Shown here one piece after another: positions 31,565 to 38,655 of a DNA stretch of 38,655 bases; positions within the stretch are counted from its first letter, which is position 1; every line of letters begins with the position of its first letter. The stretch is taken from IMG/VR virus record IMGVR_UViG_3300011145_000002, positions 1 through 38,655 of that record. One strand, given 5' to 3'. Source of the stretch: a virus. The notes below the pieces were generated by a model. The model searched no databases, had not been told where the DNA came from, and saw nothing but the letters and a program-made list of their open reading frames with translations. The translations under genes and the position numbers were made by a program.

Positions 31565-32798
31565 TATTATCACCTTTGTAATTGGTCCCGACTTTATCAA
31601 GCGGAATTAATGCCGATTGAATTGTATAAATATCCCCACCCGGAATAGGTGCTTCATTTTCTTTACGTCTGACTTCATTACGGTTATACCAACCATGATC
31701 AAGTGCAGATGCATAGTATTCAGCACGGCCTTTTGAATCTGCTCGAAGTAGACCTTCCACACTAAATTCAACATAGTAAGTTTCAAACTCTGCCGCACCA
31801 ATCAGACACCGTGCAATTTCTTGCTCAATATTGACCAGTAAAGGGCGTAAGGTATTGGTGAGGAATTGCATGTTCATGCCTTCTGTACTTGAAGCCCATG
31901 AACTTTGTTTATCTAAATGCCCAACCATGAATGGCGGTACTCGGAACCAGCGACAAATTTCCTCAATCTCAAAAGTTCGAGTTTCTAACATTTGAGCTGC
32001 TTCAGGATTCATGGTGATGCCGTGGTATTCCATACCGTTTTCAAGCACCATCATTTTTCCAGCATTCTTAGATCCCATGAATTTGGTCATGTTCTCTCTG
32101 AGTGATTCACGCTGATCCGGCGTTAATTTCCCCTGGGCAGATAAAAGACCTGATGTTTGCAACCCGTTTTCAAAGAACTTTGCTGCAGCTTCTTCAGCAG
32201 CCTGTGCAGCTCCAATAGTTTCACGCGCCTTCTGGACCTTAAATAAGCCCATCACTCCATCGATACCAAAACCACGAATATGCATCATGTTTTTTTCAGT
32301 GATTTCACGATTAACACCGCTTTCGGTGTAAGTGTATTTCAGCATTCCATTGGTCTTGTTTCTGGTCACCACCATGTTTTGAGGTAACAATGGGTTCAAT
32401 GAAATAATCCGGCCTGATGCACTGCGAATAATTTCAATATATGAGTTTCCCCATAAACAGATACTGGCCACAATCATCAGCATGAACCGGCTGGGTGTCA
32501 TCTCGTAGTTTGGTGACCGGCACAAAAGATTGTAGAGCGGATGCTTAACTGCAACATCCCGACTACCGTCCGCTTTTCGCTGGTAAATCTTAAGAGGCAG
32601 CGTTGATACAGTTTCTGAAATCAAACTCACACATGAAAAAACGGCGCTCAATTGAAGCGCCGAATCTACAGTTACATGCTTGCCACTCGATGTGGCCAAT
32701 AGCGCCCTTAGTAATTCAGGCTCCAGACTCAGATGCCCATCAAGCCCAAGGAAGCGCAAAGCTGCTTGAGCAAACCGACCCGGCTTCTTTGTACTCAT
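31533..32798 (-). CDS. Portal protein (HK97 family)
   Basis: 421 aa, between TerL and the protease gene. TAATG overlap with TerL. Confidence 0.85.
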   Translation of the reverse strand: MSTKKPGRFAQAALRFLGLDGHLSLEPELLRALLATSSGKHVTVDSALQLSAVFSCVSLISETVSTLPLKIYQRKADGSRDVAVKHPLYNLLCRSPNYEMTPSRFMLMIVASICLWGNSYIEIIRSASGRIISLNPLLPQNMVVTRNKTNGMLKYTYTESGVNREITEKNMMHIRGFGIDGVMGLFKVQKARETIGAAQAAEEAAAKFFENGLQTSGLLSAQGKLTPDQRESLRENMTKFMGSKNAGKMMVLENGMEYHGITMNPEAAQMLETRTFEIEEICRWFRVPPFMVGHLDKQSSWASSTEGMNMQFLTNTLRPLLVNIEQEIARCLIGAAEFETYYVEFSVEGLLRADSKGRAEYYASALDHGWYNRNEVRRKENEAPIPGGDIYTIQSALIPLDKVGTNYKGDNNEQTKPAASR

Positions 32799-34513
32799 TA
32801 AACACCTACCATAATTGGATCATCATAAAATTCATCACCTGTAGGTTCCCCTGCAAGCGCCATTGCCCGACTGATGCCCATTAACAACGCTACAGCACCA
32901 TCGATTTTCTTAAACTTCTTTTCCTTATCCGGGAACTCGGTTTCATTTTTTCCTGTTTTAGAAATAACATTACCGATCATCCAGCTAAGAATTGGATTTC
33001 CATCATGATGAAAACGACCTGCAGCAATAGCAGCTTCAAGCTCCTTCATTGCTGGTGAGAATGTCTTTGTAGTTTTGGGCATCTTGATTGAGGTATATCC
33101 GGCATCATCCACAGTTTTAGCAATCTGGAATCCACCCCACTCATCGTAAGGAACCTCAGTCAAAGACACTCGCTGAGCATCTTCGATTAATTCCTTTGCA
33201 ATTTGATTCAGGTCATTCTCATAGCCATCACACACATTCAGCAGACCTTTGTTGAACCATTTCTGGTATCGCTCAACCACCTGCTTTTCATCACCGCTAT
33301 AAACCGTGTCTTCAGGTAGATAGAACTGAGGATCTATACAGTAGTAATGCAGTCGGCCATCATCTTCTATTCGATAGAACAGGTTAATACGTGCTGCAAT
33401 ATCAATTTTTGATGATAGATCCACACACATCATGCAAGGTGTTGCTTCAAAGTCATCAATGTTCAGGTTTGGATTACCGCAAGCCTTCCACCTTTCCATG
33501 TTGAAAAATGCAGATTTTGCAGATACCCAGACGTTTAGGTGCTTAGTTTTAAAAGCACCTTGCTTTGATGCATTCTGAATTGCCCGGCGTTGCTGAGATT
33601 CCAGATAGTCTGAATAAACAGAAACCCCATAATTGGGGTTTGCTTTGGCCAATACTGCCGGATCTGTCCAGTCATCTCCCTCATCAATGGTCCATATCCA
33701 GCCAAACAGCTCATCATCTGGTACGGTATCCAGGAGCATTTCCTGAACACGTGCACGTAAATCATAACAAGGGCCTTCAATATTAAAGCCGGCTGTTGTG
33801 ATTGTGAAAATCATAGGCTGTCGACGTGCACCCATACCGGTCTGCATGGTGTCATACAGCGCAGATGTTGGATGCTCATGGAATTCATCGACTACAGCAC
33901 AATGCGGTGACTGACCATCAGGTGGATCACCAATGATAGGCTCAAAGATAGAACCTTCATCTGGAATCTCTAGGCTCCCTGCATTAATCAGTACGCCAGC
34001 TGCTTCAATGAAGTCTGGCGAACGTACCGCCATTAAGCGTGCAGGTTTAAAAACTTCCCAAGCCTGCTTCTCGGTAGTAGCACCAGCATAAACTTCTGAA
34101 CCAAACTCGCCATCATTGGCAAACATGTTAAGAGCCACACCAGCAGCGATTGCAGACTTACCGTTTTTACGCGGCACCTCCCAATAGCTCTCACGGAAGC
34201 GGCGGTACCCATCTTTCTTACGAACCCAACCAAATGTGCAGCCAATACCAAACTTTTGCCAGGGCTCAAGCGTGATACTTAGGCGCTTCATTGCCCACTC
34301 ACCCTTTGTATGAGGCAGCAACTCAATAAAAGCGATCTTCTTTTCTGCTAGTTTTGGCTCAAATTTATAAGGAAAATCTTTATTTTTTGACTTAATTAAG
34401 TCATCTAAGTGGCGTTTACAAGCAAGTTTCACCCACTTACATGCAGGTATTTTTCCTGAAACAACCTGCTTTGCCCATCTATTTGCAATGCCAACGTTTG
34501 GGAAAGCTGTCAT
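32798..34513 (-). CDS. terL: Terminase large subunit
   Basis: 571 aa. Walker A-like VPRKNGKS, Walker B-like AVVDEFHE, and a C-terminal nuclease region. Confidence 0.9.
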   Translation of the reverse strand: MTAFPNVGIANRWAKQVVSGKIPACKWVKLACKRHLDDLIKSKNKDFPYKFEPKLAEKKIAFIELLPHTKGEWAMKRLSITLEPWQKFGIGCTFGWVRKKDGYRRFRESYWEVPRKNGKSAIAAGVALNMFANDGEFGSEVYAGATTEKQAWEVFKPARLMAVRSPDFIEAAGVLINAGSLEIPDEGSIFEPIIGDPPDGQSPHCAVVDEFHEHPTSALYDTMQTGMGARRQPMIFTITTAGFNIEGPCYDLRARVQEMLLDTVPDDELFGWIWTIDEGDDWTDPAVLAKANPNYGVSVYSDYLESQQRRAIQNASKQGAFKTKHLNVWVSAKSAFFNMERWKACGNPNLNIDDFEATPCMMCVDLSSKIDIAARINLFYRIEDDGRLHYYCIDPQFYLPEDTVYSGDEKQVVERYQKWFNKGLLNVCDGYENDLNQIAKELIEDAQRVSLTEVPYDEWGGFQIAKTVDDAGYTSIKMPKTTKTFSPAMKELEAAIAAGRFHHDGNPILSWMIGNVISKTGKNETEFPDKEKKFKKIDGAVALLMGISRAMALAGEPTGDEFYDDPIMVGV

Positions 34514-34523
34514 TTCGGCCTCG

Positions 34524-35015
34524 CTACATATTCAGCACCTGCGCAAATTTATTTGTTTTAGGTTTATTACCCCCACCACCTAACCGCCCCCGGGAAGATG
34601 GATCCAGACCCAGCATTGCCCCAAAAGAAGCCATCTGTTTTGATGCTTCATTCACTGCAGTCAAGGCTGGATTTTTAATCGTACTGCCTTGCGCTGTTTC
34701 CAGTGTCGGTCCTTTTTGGACTACTTCTTTTTGGGCTACGCGCAAGTTGTGGTAAGCCATGCAGAACATTTCCACGTTGTGCATATCTGTAATTTTAAGA
34801 ACTTTGTTTTTTAACAGCTCTGGAATAACCGAACGCCACATCATGTCCGCGTACTCCATTGTCGAGAGATATTCCGGCACATCAATATCAACGACATCTG
34901 CGAATTCAGGCACATTGGTATTGAGAGGGCGTCTGCCCGGGTTGCCAGCTGCCCGTTTTTCTTCCTGCGGTTTTGGCTTTCGGCCACGACCAGGAACTGA
35001 AGAAACTCCACCCAT
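34524..35015 (-). CDS. terS: Terminase small subunit (P27 family)
   Basis: GRGRKPKPQEEKRAAGNPGRRPLN is the characteristic P27-family N-terminus. Confidence 0.8.
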   Translation of the reverse strand: MGGVSSVPGRGRKPKPQEEKRAAGNPGRRPLNTNVPEFADVVDIDVPEYLSTMEYADMMWRSVIPELLKNKVLKITDMHNVEMFCMAYHNLRVAQKEVVQKGPTLETAQGSTIKNPALTAVNEASKQMASFGAMLGLDPSSRGRLGGGGNKPKTNKFAQVLNM

Positions 35016-35060
35016 TTGTCAACACCCTGAATTTTTAATTTCGCGCACGTAAAAATGAAC

Positions 35061-35115
35061 GGAGGGGGGCGGTCATTTAGGCAAAGGCCCTGAACTTTCT
35101 ACCCACCCCCTCCCC
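35061..35115. promoter_or_regulatory. Candidate cos / terminase recognition region
   Basis: A G-run GGAGGGGGGCGG (35061..35072) and a C-run CCCACCCCCTCCCC (35102..35115) form an imperfect inverted repeat. It lies in the 100-bp gap between the HNH block and terS, the usual place for cos in HNH-dependent HK97-like packaging. Confidence 0.45.
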
Positions 35116-35286
35116 TTAATCAGTAATTTCTTCTGCGGTCCAGCTGCTCTCCAAATAGAATTTACGATCTGGCTTGGACTCATCGGATAGATTGCTGGCA
35201 ATTTCCATTGCATGATCGCGGTCATCAGCTTCAATGATGCGTTCTGTACCACTTACATGGGTGATTTCTACTTTAAATTTAGGCAT
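35116..35286 (-). CDS. Hypothetical 56-aa acidic protein
   Basis: The ATG at 35286 follows AAGGAAAATAAA, one nt after the HNH stop. The longer ORF-track version overlaps the HNH gene out of frame. Confidence 0.55.
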   Translation of the reverse strand: MPKFKVEITHVSGTERIIEADDRDHAMEIASNLSDESKPDRKFYLESSWTAEEITD

Positions 35287-35287
35287 T

Positions 35288-35644
35288 TTATTTTCCTTCG
35301 TTTGCTGTTTTCTCTCTATGACACGGCGCACACAATGACTGTAGGTTGTCTGGATCATCTGTACCACCATGAGCCTTAGCCTTGATGTGATCGACGTCTG
35401 TAGCCTCAGCCACACGCCCAGCAACGGCGCATTTCACACAGAGATAGTTATCACGCTTCATGATGCTTTCACGCAGTACTCGCCATGCATAGCCATAGCC
35501 ACGCGCCGTAGTTGATCCTGATCTATCTTGGCGTGCTGTCCAGTTGTTGCGCTTATGTGCATGCTTATCACAATAGCCTTGTTCTTTTGGTGATTTGGTT
35601 AGGTTTGGACAGCGAAACTCACGGCATGGTCTGCTCATATCCAT
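35288..35644 (-). CDS. HNH endonuclease (packaging-associated)
   Basis: VDHIKAKAHGGTDDPDNLQSLCAPCHREKT is the HNH motif, with CxxC pairs. The gene is adjacent to the cos/terminase region. Confidence 0.85.
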   Translation of the reverse strand: MDMSRPCREFRCPNLTKSPKEQGYCDKHAHKRNNWTARQDRSGSTTARGYGYAWRVLRESIMKRDNYLCVKCAVAGRVAEATDVDHIKAKAHGGTDDPDNLQSLCAPCHREKTANEGK

Positions 35645-35865
35645 TAATCCAAATAAGGTGACTTAGGTTCATCTTCGTCATCTTCGGTCTGCATCATCGC
35701 CATCAGCTCATTGTTCTGATCAACGATACGAGCCATGACTTTATTTTGTTCTGCCAGTAGATTGTTTTGAGCTGTCGTCGCCTGGCTTTGGTTGTTCATT
35801 GCTTGAAGCATCTCGACCAGTAAGGCGTTCGATACACAGCCGCATTCTTTCTTTTGCTCGTTCAC
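35644..35865 (-). CDS. Hypothetical 73-aa protein
   Basis: The GTG start follows AAGGAAGCAAA. TAATG overlap with the HNH gene. Confidence 0.55.
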   Translation of the reverse strand: MNEQKKECGCVSNALLVEMLQAMNNQSQATTAQNNLLAEQNKVMARIVDQNNELMAMMQTEDDEDEPKSPYLD

Positions 35866-35894
35866 TTTGCTTCCTTATCCATTCACGGTTTCTT

Positions 35895-36113
35895 TCACAC
35901 GATGCACATGTCATCTGAATCACCCAAGGTCACATTGATTTCGTTAAGCAGGTATTGATTCACTTGATCTACAGTGGAGACATTCACAAATACCAACTCA
36001 ACATCTTTGATTGCCAAACCAGTCTCAACCTCAAACAATCGTTTGCGATTAGCTATGTCCTGGTATAGATCCCGCTTAAAGGCATCGAGTCGTTCTTGAT
36101 CACTTGTACCCAC
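35895..36113 (-). CDS. Hypothetical 72-aa protein
   Basis: The GTG start follows GGAGATAGCGCC. Confidence 0.55.
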   Translation of the reverse strand: MGTSDQERLDAFKRDLYQDIANRKRLFEVETGLAIKDVELVFVNVSTVDQVNQYLLNEINVTLGDSDDMCIV

Positions 36114-36117
36114 GGCG

Positions 36118-36291
36118 CTATCTCCGACTTAAATTGATTTGAATATTCTTCATGCGAGTACGGATGTTTGCCATTACTTCATCAATAGCCATCATCTGTT
36201 TGCTACTCATGAATGCTCGACTTAGGTTCTGGTACTTCACCAGTTCATCATGCAATTCATTTAGATTCTTTCGGGCTTCTTTGACATCCAT
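36118..36291 (-). CDS. Hypothetical 57-aa protein, first gene of the late operon
   Basis: The ATG at 36291 (MDVKEARKN...) is preferred over the TTG at 36303. Confidence 0.5.
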   Translation of the reverse strand: MDVKEARKNLNELHDELVKYQNLSRAFMSSKQMMAIDEVMANIRTRMKNIQINLSRR

Positions 36292-36304
36292 ACGCACCAC
36301 CAAT

Positions 36305-36345
36305 AAGAAAAGAAAAACCCCTCAACATCTAGAATGCGAGGGGTT
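36305..36345 (-). terminator. Intrinsic terminator upstream of the late operon (second of a tandem pair)
   Basis: aacccctc-14 nt-gaggggtt, with U-rich runs on both strands. Confidence 0.65.
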
Positions 36346-36381
36346 TTGTTTGCCGTAATACGTCCGGCGAATTTTAAGAAT

Positions 36382-36421
36382 AAAAAAGCCTGTTTAACTC
36401 TCTCTCCAATTAAACAGGCTT
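36382..36421 (-). terminator. Intrinsic terminator upstream of the late operon (first of a tandem pair; tR'-like)
   Basis: A perfect 12-bp stem aagcctgtttaa / ttaaacaggctt with a 12-nt CT-rich loop, followed on the minus strand by TTTTTTATTC. Confidence 0.7.
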
Positions 36422-36512
36422 GACTTGCGCTACAACTTATTTCTTATTTGCAGATCAAACATATAACTTAAATATTTCATTCTAATGACATAGATATTTG
36501 CTTGAGTGATTG

Positions 36513-36626
36513 TTATTCAACTTCTTTCAAACAATCCCGACACACCTTGATTTCTTCATAATCAACCATGTAATCAATCTCGGTCACACCATGCAGGCCG
36601 AATAAACAGAATATAAATTGGAGCAT
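36513..36626 (-). CDS. Possible 37-aa peptide (MLQFIFCLFGLHGVTEIDYMVDYEEIKVCRDCLKEVE)
   Basis: Not in the ORF track. GGAGAA lies 6 nt upstream of the ATG. Confidence 0.3.
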   Translation of the reverse strand: MLQFIFCLFGLHGVTEIDYMVDYEEIKVCRDCLKEVE

Positions 36627-36643
36627 ACTTTTCTCCAGGCAAT

Positions 36644-36665
36644 AAAAAAGAGCGCCGAAGCACTC
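36644..36665 (-). terminator. Intrinsic terminator (UUCG tetraloop) after the 66-aa gene
   Basis: On the minus strand, GAGUGC-UUCG-GCGCUC is followed by UUUUUU. Confidence 0.7.
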
Positions 36666-36679
36666 CTTATCAGATAGTT

Positions 36680-36880
36680 TTAAGCTTTAAGCGAGAGAAG
36701 AGTTTTGAGAGTGCAATTTATCAACTCTACTATTTCATGATCTGCCAAATCTTCAAGCTGTTTACCTTCATAGAATGAGTTAAAAACACGATCAATAGCA
36801 TCCAGATGCTCAAGCAACTCGCTTAATAGAACCAGATCTTCATAAGTGTCTAGCAGAGTTTCGCGTGGATTATTTTGCAT
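36680..36880 (-). CDS. Hypothetical acidic 66-aa protein, divergent from the FRG gene
   Basis: AGGAAAACTA RBS. The gene has its own terminator. Confidence 0.6.
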   Translation of the reverse strand: MQNNPRETLLDTYEDLVLLSELLEHLDAIDRVFNSFYEGKQLEDLADHEIVELINCTLKTLLSLKA

Positions 36881-36995
36881 TAGTTTTCCTAGAATGGCTT
36901 CAATAGGATAAATAATACACTACCCAGAACTAATAATGCTTAGTGCCAAAAAAAGCCCCCCATTTGGCGAGCTTCTTAACTTGGGTCTTTTACTT

Positions 36996-37013
36996 TACAG
37001 TACGACCACTGTA
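36996..37013. promoter_or_regulatory. Palindrome TACAGT-N6-ACTGTA in the divergent intergenic region (candidate operator)
   Basis: Perfect 6-N6-6 inverted repeat, immediately followed by TATAAA and about 120 nt upstream of the FRG start. Confidence 0.35.
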
Positions 37014-37130
37014 TAAAAACTATATCTTAGCGACGTTTAGGTGTCAATCATATATATTTTAACTCAAACACTATTAAGTCAAAATCATCATATCCACTTT
37101 ATTCGATAGAAAAAACCAAAGAGACGAACT

Positions 37131-38135
37131 ATGAACAACCCTACTAATATACTCACCCCAAGACTCATGCTTAAGACGGGTTATTATGAAGTTGCTCTAG
37201 AACTTGATGAAACTGATTTACTTTTTGGCTTATTCCACCCAGCGAAAAACCATCTAGCCACCCTATTTAATGACATGCTTTTACATTATGTTGATGAAAC
37301 CTCAAATCTTCCATCTAGATGCGAACATAATTTCAGCAAATTCTTATTTCGAGGGCAAGAATCCTCAGTTTGGAGCCTCACGCCTTCACTTTTCCGAGAA
37401 CTAAATGATGAGAATGCTTGGATAAAACGGGAAATAAATTCCTTAATTGATTTCACCCAAATTGCTGATTTATGCAATATTCAAATACCATCAGATTCTT
37501 GTACTTTAAGAGAAACTCTTCATTCCCAACTAGAACTTAAATCATTATTAAATACTACTAACTGGGTTACCTCGGATATTTATGAAATCATGGGATTTGC
37601 TCAGCACTATGGCTTGTCTACACGACTTTTAGATTGGTCTCATCACCCACTTGTCGCACTATATTTCGCAAGCATTAGTTTATTGCTACCCCAGTCAAAA
37701 CAACATGCATTGCCATCCCAACCACAGCAAGATGGCTATTTTTCATTATGGATACTAAATCAAGATCATTTAATTGATTACTCTATAGATATCACTATTA
37801 TAGAAACCCCTAAGTCTTTAAATAAAAATATATCCAATCAATATGGATGCTTCTCAAGTGTTAAGCAATTTCCTACTGAAAATACACCAAGAACTCAAAG
37901 CATATATCAAAAAATAAATAAACCTTTTACTCCCCAAAAGAGACTAATAACTGATGAGTTAAATCAAAAGAAAAAGGACTTTTTATTATTAAAAATCAAC
38001 ATCCCCTACAAGTCTGCTATAGATGTTTTTAGATACTGTGACTTTATGGGATTTAATGCTGCCAAACTATTCAACAATGAATATGGTCTGCAAAAATACA
38101 TAAAAGAGTACTCTCTTCTAAAAAAAAGCCCTTAA
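37131..38135 (+). CDS. FRG-domain protein (334 aa), an AT-rich opposite-strand moron
   Basis: KFLFRGQESSVWSLTPSLFRE (the FRG motif) and TRLLDWSHHPLVALYFAS (the second conserved FRG-domain block). Confidence 0.75.
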   Translation: MNNPTNILTPRLMLKTGYYEVALELDETDLLFGLFHPAKNHLATLFNDMLLHYVDETSNLPSRCEHNFSKFLFRGQESSVWSLTPSLFRELNDENAWIKREINSLIDFTQIADLCNIQIPSDSCTLRETLHSQLELKSLLNTTNWVTSDIYEIMGFAQHYGLSTRLLDWSHHPLVALYFASISLLLPQSKQHALPSQPQQDGYFSLWILNQDHLIDYSIDITIIETPKSLNKNISNQYGCFSSVKQFPTENTPRTQSIYQKINKPFTPQKRLITDELNQKKKDFLLLKINIPYKSAIDVFRYCDFMGFNAAKLFNNEYGLQKYIKEYSLLKKSP

Positions 38136-38144
38136 TTCAAGGGC
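38121..38144 (-). terminator. Intrinsic terminator after the Q-like gene, overlapping the FRG stop codon
   Basis: gccctt-aattc-aagggc followed on the minus strand by 7 U. Confidence 0.7.
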
Positions 38145-38151
38145 CTTAAAC

Positions 38152-38655
38152 TTATACATTTTTTAAATTTCTCCGGTATTCATCAACATAATAATCAATC
38201 TCTTCATGAAAACCATCTAAGATATTTTCAACCATGAATGATAGGTACTTATGGCGCTTTGCAAATCCATCAGCATTTACCTCAGTAATACCAAAGAAAT
38301 TCAATTGCCCCTGAAGTGTTCTTTCTTCTTTCAATTTTGGTCGTAAATTATAGAATACGCCCATTTTTGCAACCTTGAAGCAAAATAACCGCAAATCAAA
38401 CTTTTGACGATTTACTTTTTCACCTGCTGTGGCATACAGGATTTTTGCAATGTATTCACAAACCTCAGTGAATGCCTGTGTATTATCTCGATAGTCACCC
38501 CATACGAGTAATTCACAATATGCCTTGCATGCAGGACATTCAATTGAAGCAATAGCACCACATCGATCTTCCCAAGACGTGCCTTTCTCCCCTGTACCCT
38601 TTGGATCTTGACTGTACTCAATTGCCTTAAGTCCAATCTGGTTAAGCCATTCCAA
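38152..38655 (-). CDS. 3' part of the junction-spanning gene; putative Q-like late antiterminator
   Basis: It is the last gene of the early-right operon after the resolvase, which is the lambdoid Q position. It has a Cys cluster CGAIASIECPACKAYC. Terminators follow it and precede the late genes. No confident family match could be made by eye. Confidence 0.35.
   Translation of the reverse strand: MEWLNQIGLKAIEYSQDPKGTGEKGTSWEDRCGAIASIECPACKAYCELLVWGDYRDNTQAFTEVCEYIAKILYATAGEKVNRQKFDLRLFCFKVAKMGVFYNLRPKLKEERTLQGQLNFFGITEVNADGFAKRHKYLSFMVENILDGFHEEIDYYVDEYRRNLKNV
38579..38655. repeat. Terminal direct repeat, copy 2 (circular-assembly overlap)
   Basis: Identical to 1..77. It lies inside a coding region, so it is not a biological terminal repeat. 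Confidence 0.95.

Larger units (their letters stand above)
1..38655. mobile_element. Complete temperate siphovirus-type phage genome in circular or excised form. It has HK97-like head and packaging genes, a lambda-like tail module, a lambdoid immunity and replication region, and an integrase with attP.
   Basis: The full modular gene set can be read from the ORF translations. The window ends are an exact 77-bp direct repeat. attP carries only the 3' part of a tRNA. Confidence 0.85.

Noticed and set aside
35287-35424. The N-terminal 46 codons of ORF 35116..35424, which overlap the HNH gene
   Set aside because: This stretch is out of frame with the well-supported HNH CDS and has no RBS. The internal ATG at 35286 has a good RBS and is coupled to the HNH stop.
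36996-37013. LexA SOS box
   Set aside because: The palindrome is ACAGT-N8-ACTGT-like, which is the inverse polarity of the CTGT-N8-ACAG consensus. It is kept only as a generic candidate operator.
1-38655. A diversity-generating retroelement, retron, or invertible fibre segment
   Set aside because: No reverse transcriptase, serine invertase, or template/variable repeat pair was seen near the fibre genes.

Overview
The window is one complete temperate siphovirus-type phage genome, not a piece of chromosome. Its first 77 bp and last 77 bp are identical, so the sequence closes into a circle of about 38,578 bp, and one gene wraps the junction. By eye the GC content is low to moderate; the host may be Acinetobacter-like, but that is only a guess.

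Gene order, clockwise:
- Minus-strand early-right operon: cro-like, 186-CII-like, Rha/Ant antirepressor, lambda-O-like initiator with origin iterons inside the gene, lambda-P-like loader, three unknowns, a RuvC-like resolvase and a possible Q-like antiterminator.
- Plus strand: a cI-type S24 repressor, then a candidate operator-bearing PL-like promoter driving about 8 small, translationally coupled 'ea'-type genes.
- Integration module: a tyrosine integrase, and an attP that contains the 3' 50 nt of a tRNA-Val(GAC) flanked by arm-type repeats.
- Long minus-strand late operon: small genes, HNH endonuclease, candidate cos, TerS, TerL, portal, ClpP-like protease, HK97-type capsid, head-tail connector and adaptor genes, tail tube, G/GT chaperone with the canonical G_GGA_AAG -1 slippery site, tape measure with an SLT domain, lambda M/L/K/I/J homologues, a fibre chaperone, and the lysis genes. 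About 12 intrinsic terminators punctuate this operon.

The parts most worth a second look are AT-rich accessory cassettes (morons) that interrupt this conserved order:
1. A DEDDh-exonuclease-BRCT fusion plus a lipoprotein, between GT and the tape measure.
2. An opposite-strand FRG-domain gene with divergent small genes, between the Q-like gene and the late operon.
3. A self-promoted zinc-ribbon membrane protein beside int.
4. Two further insertions in the tail module: an 88-aa acidic protein and a 284-aa fibre-like protein.

No CRISPR array, reverse transcriptase, transposase or rRNA was seen. All functional calls come from reading motifs in the translations; no database search was run.
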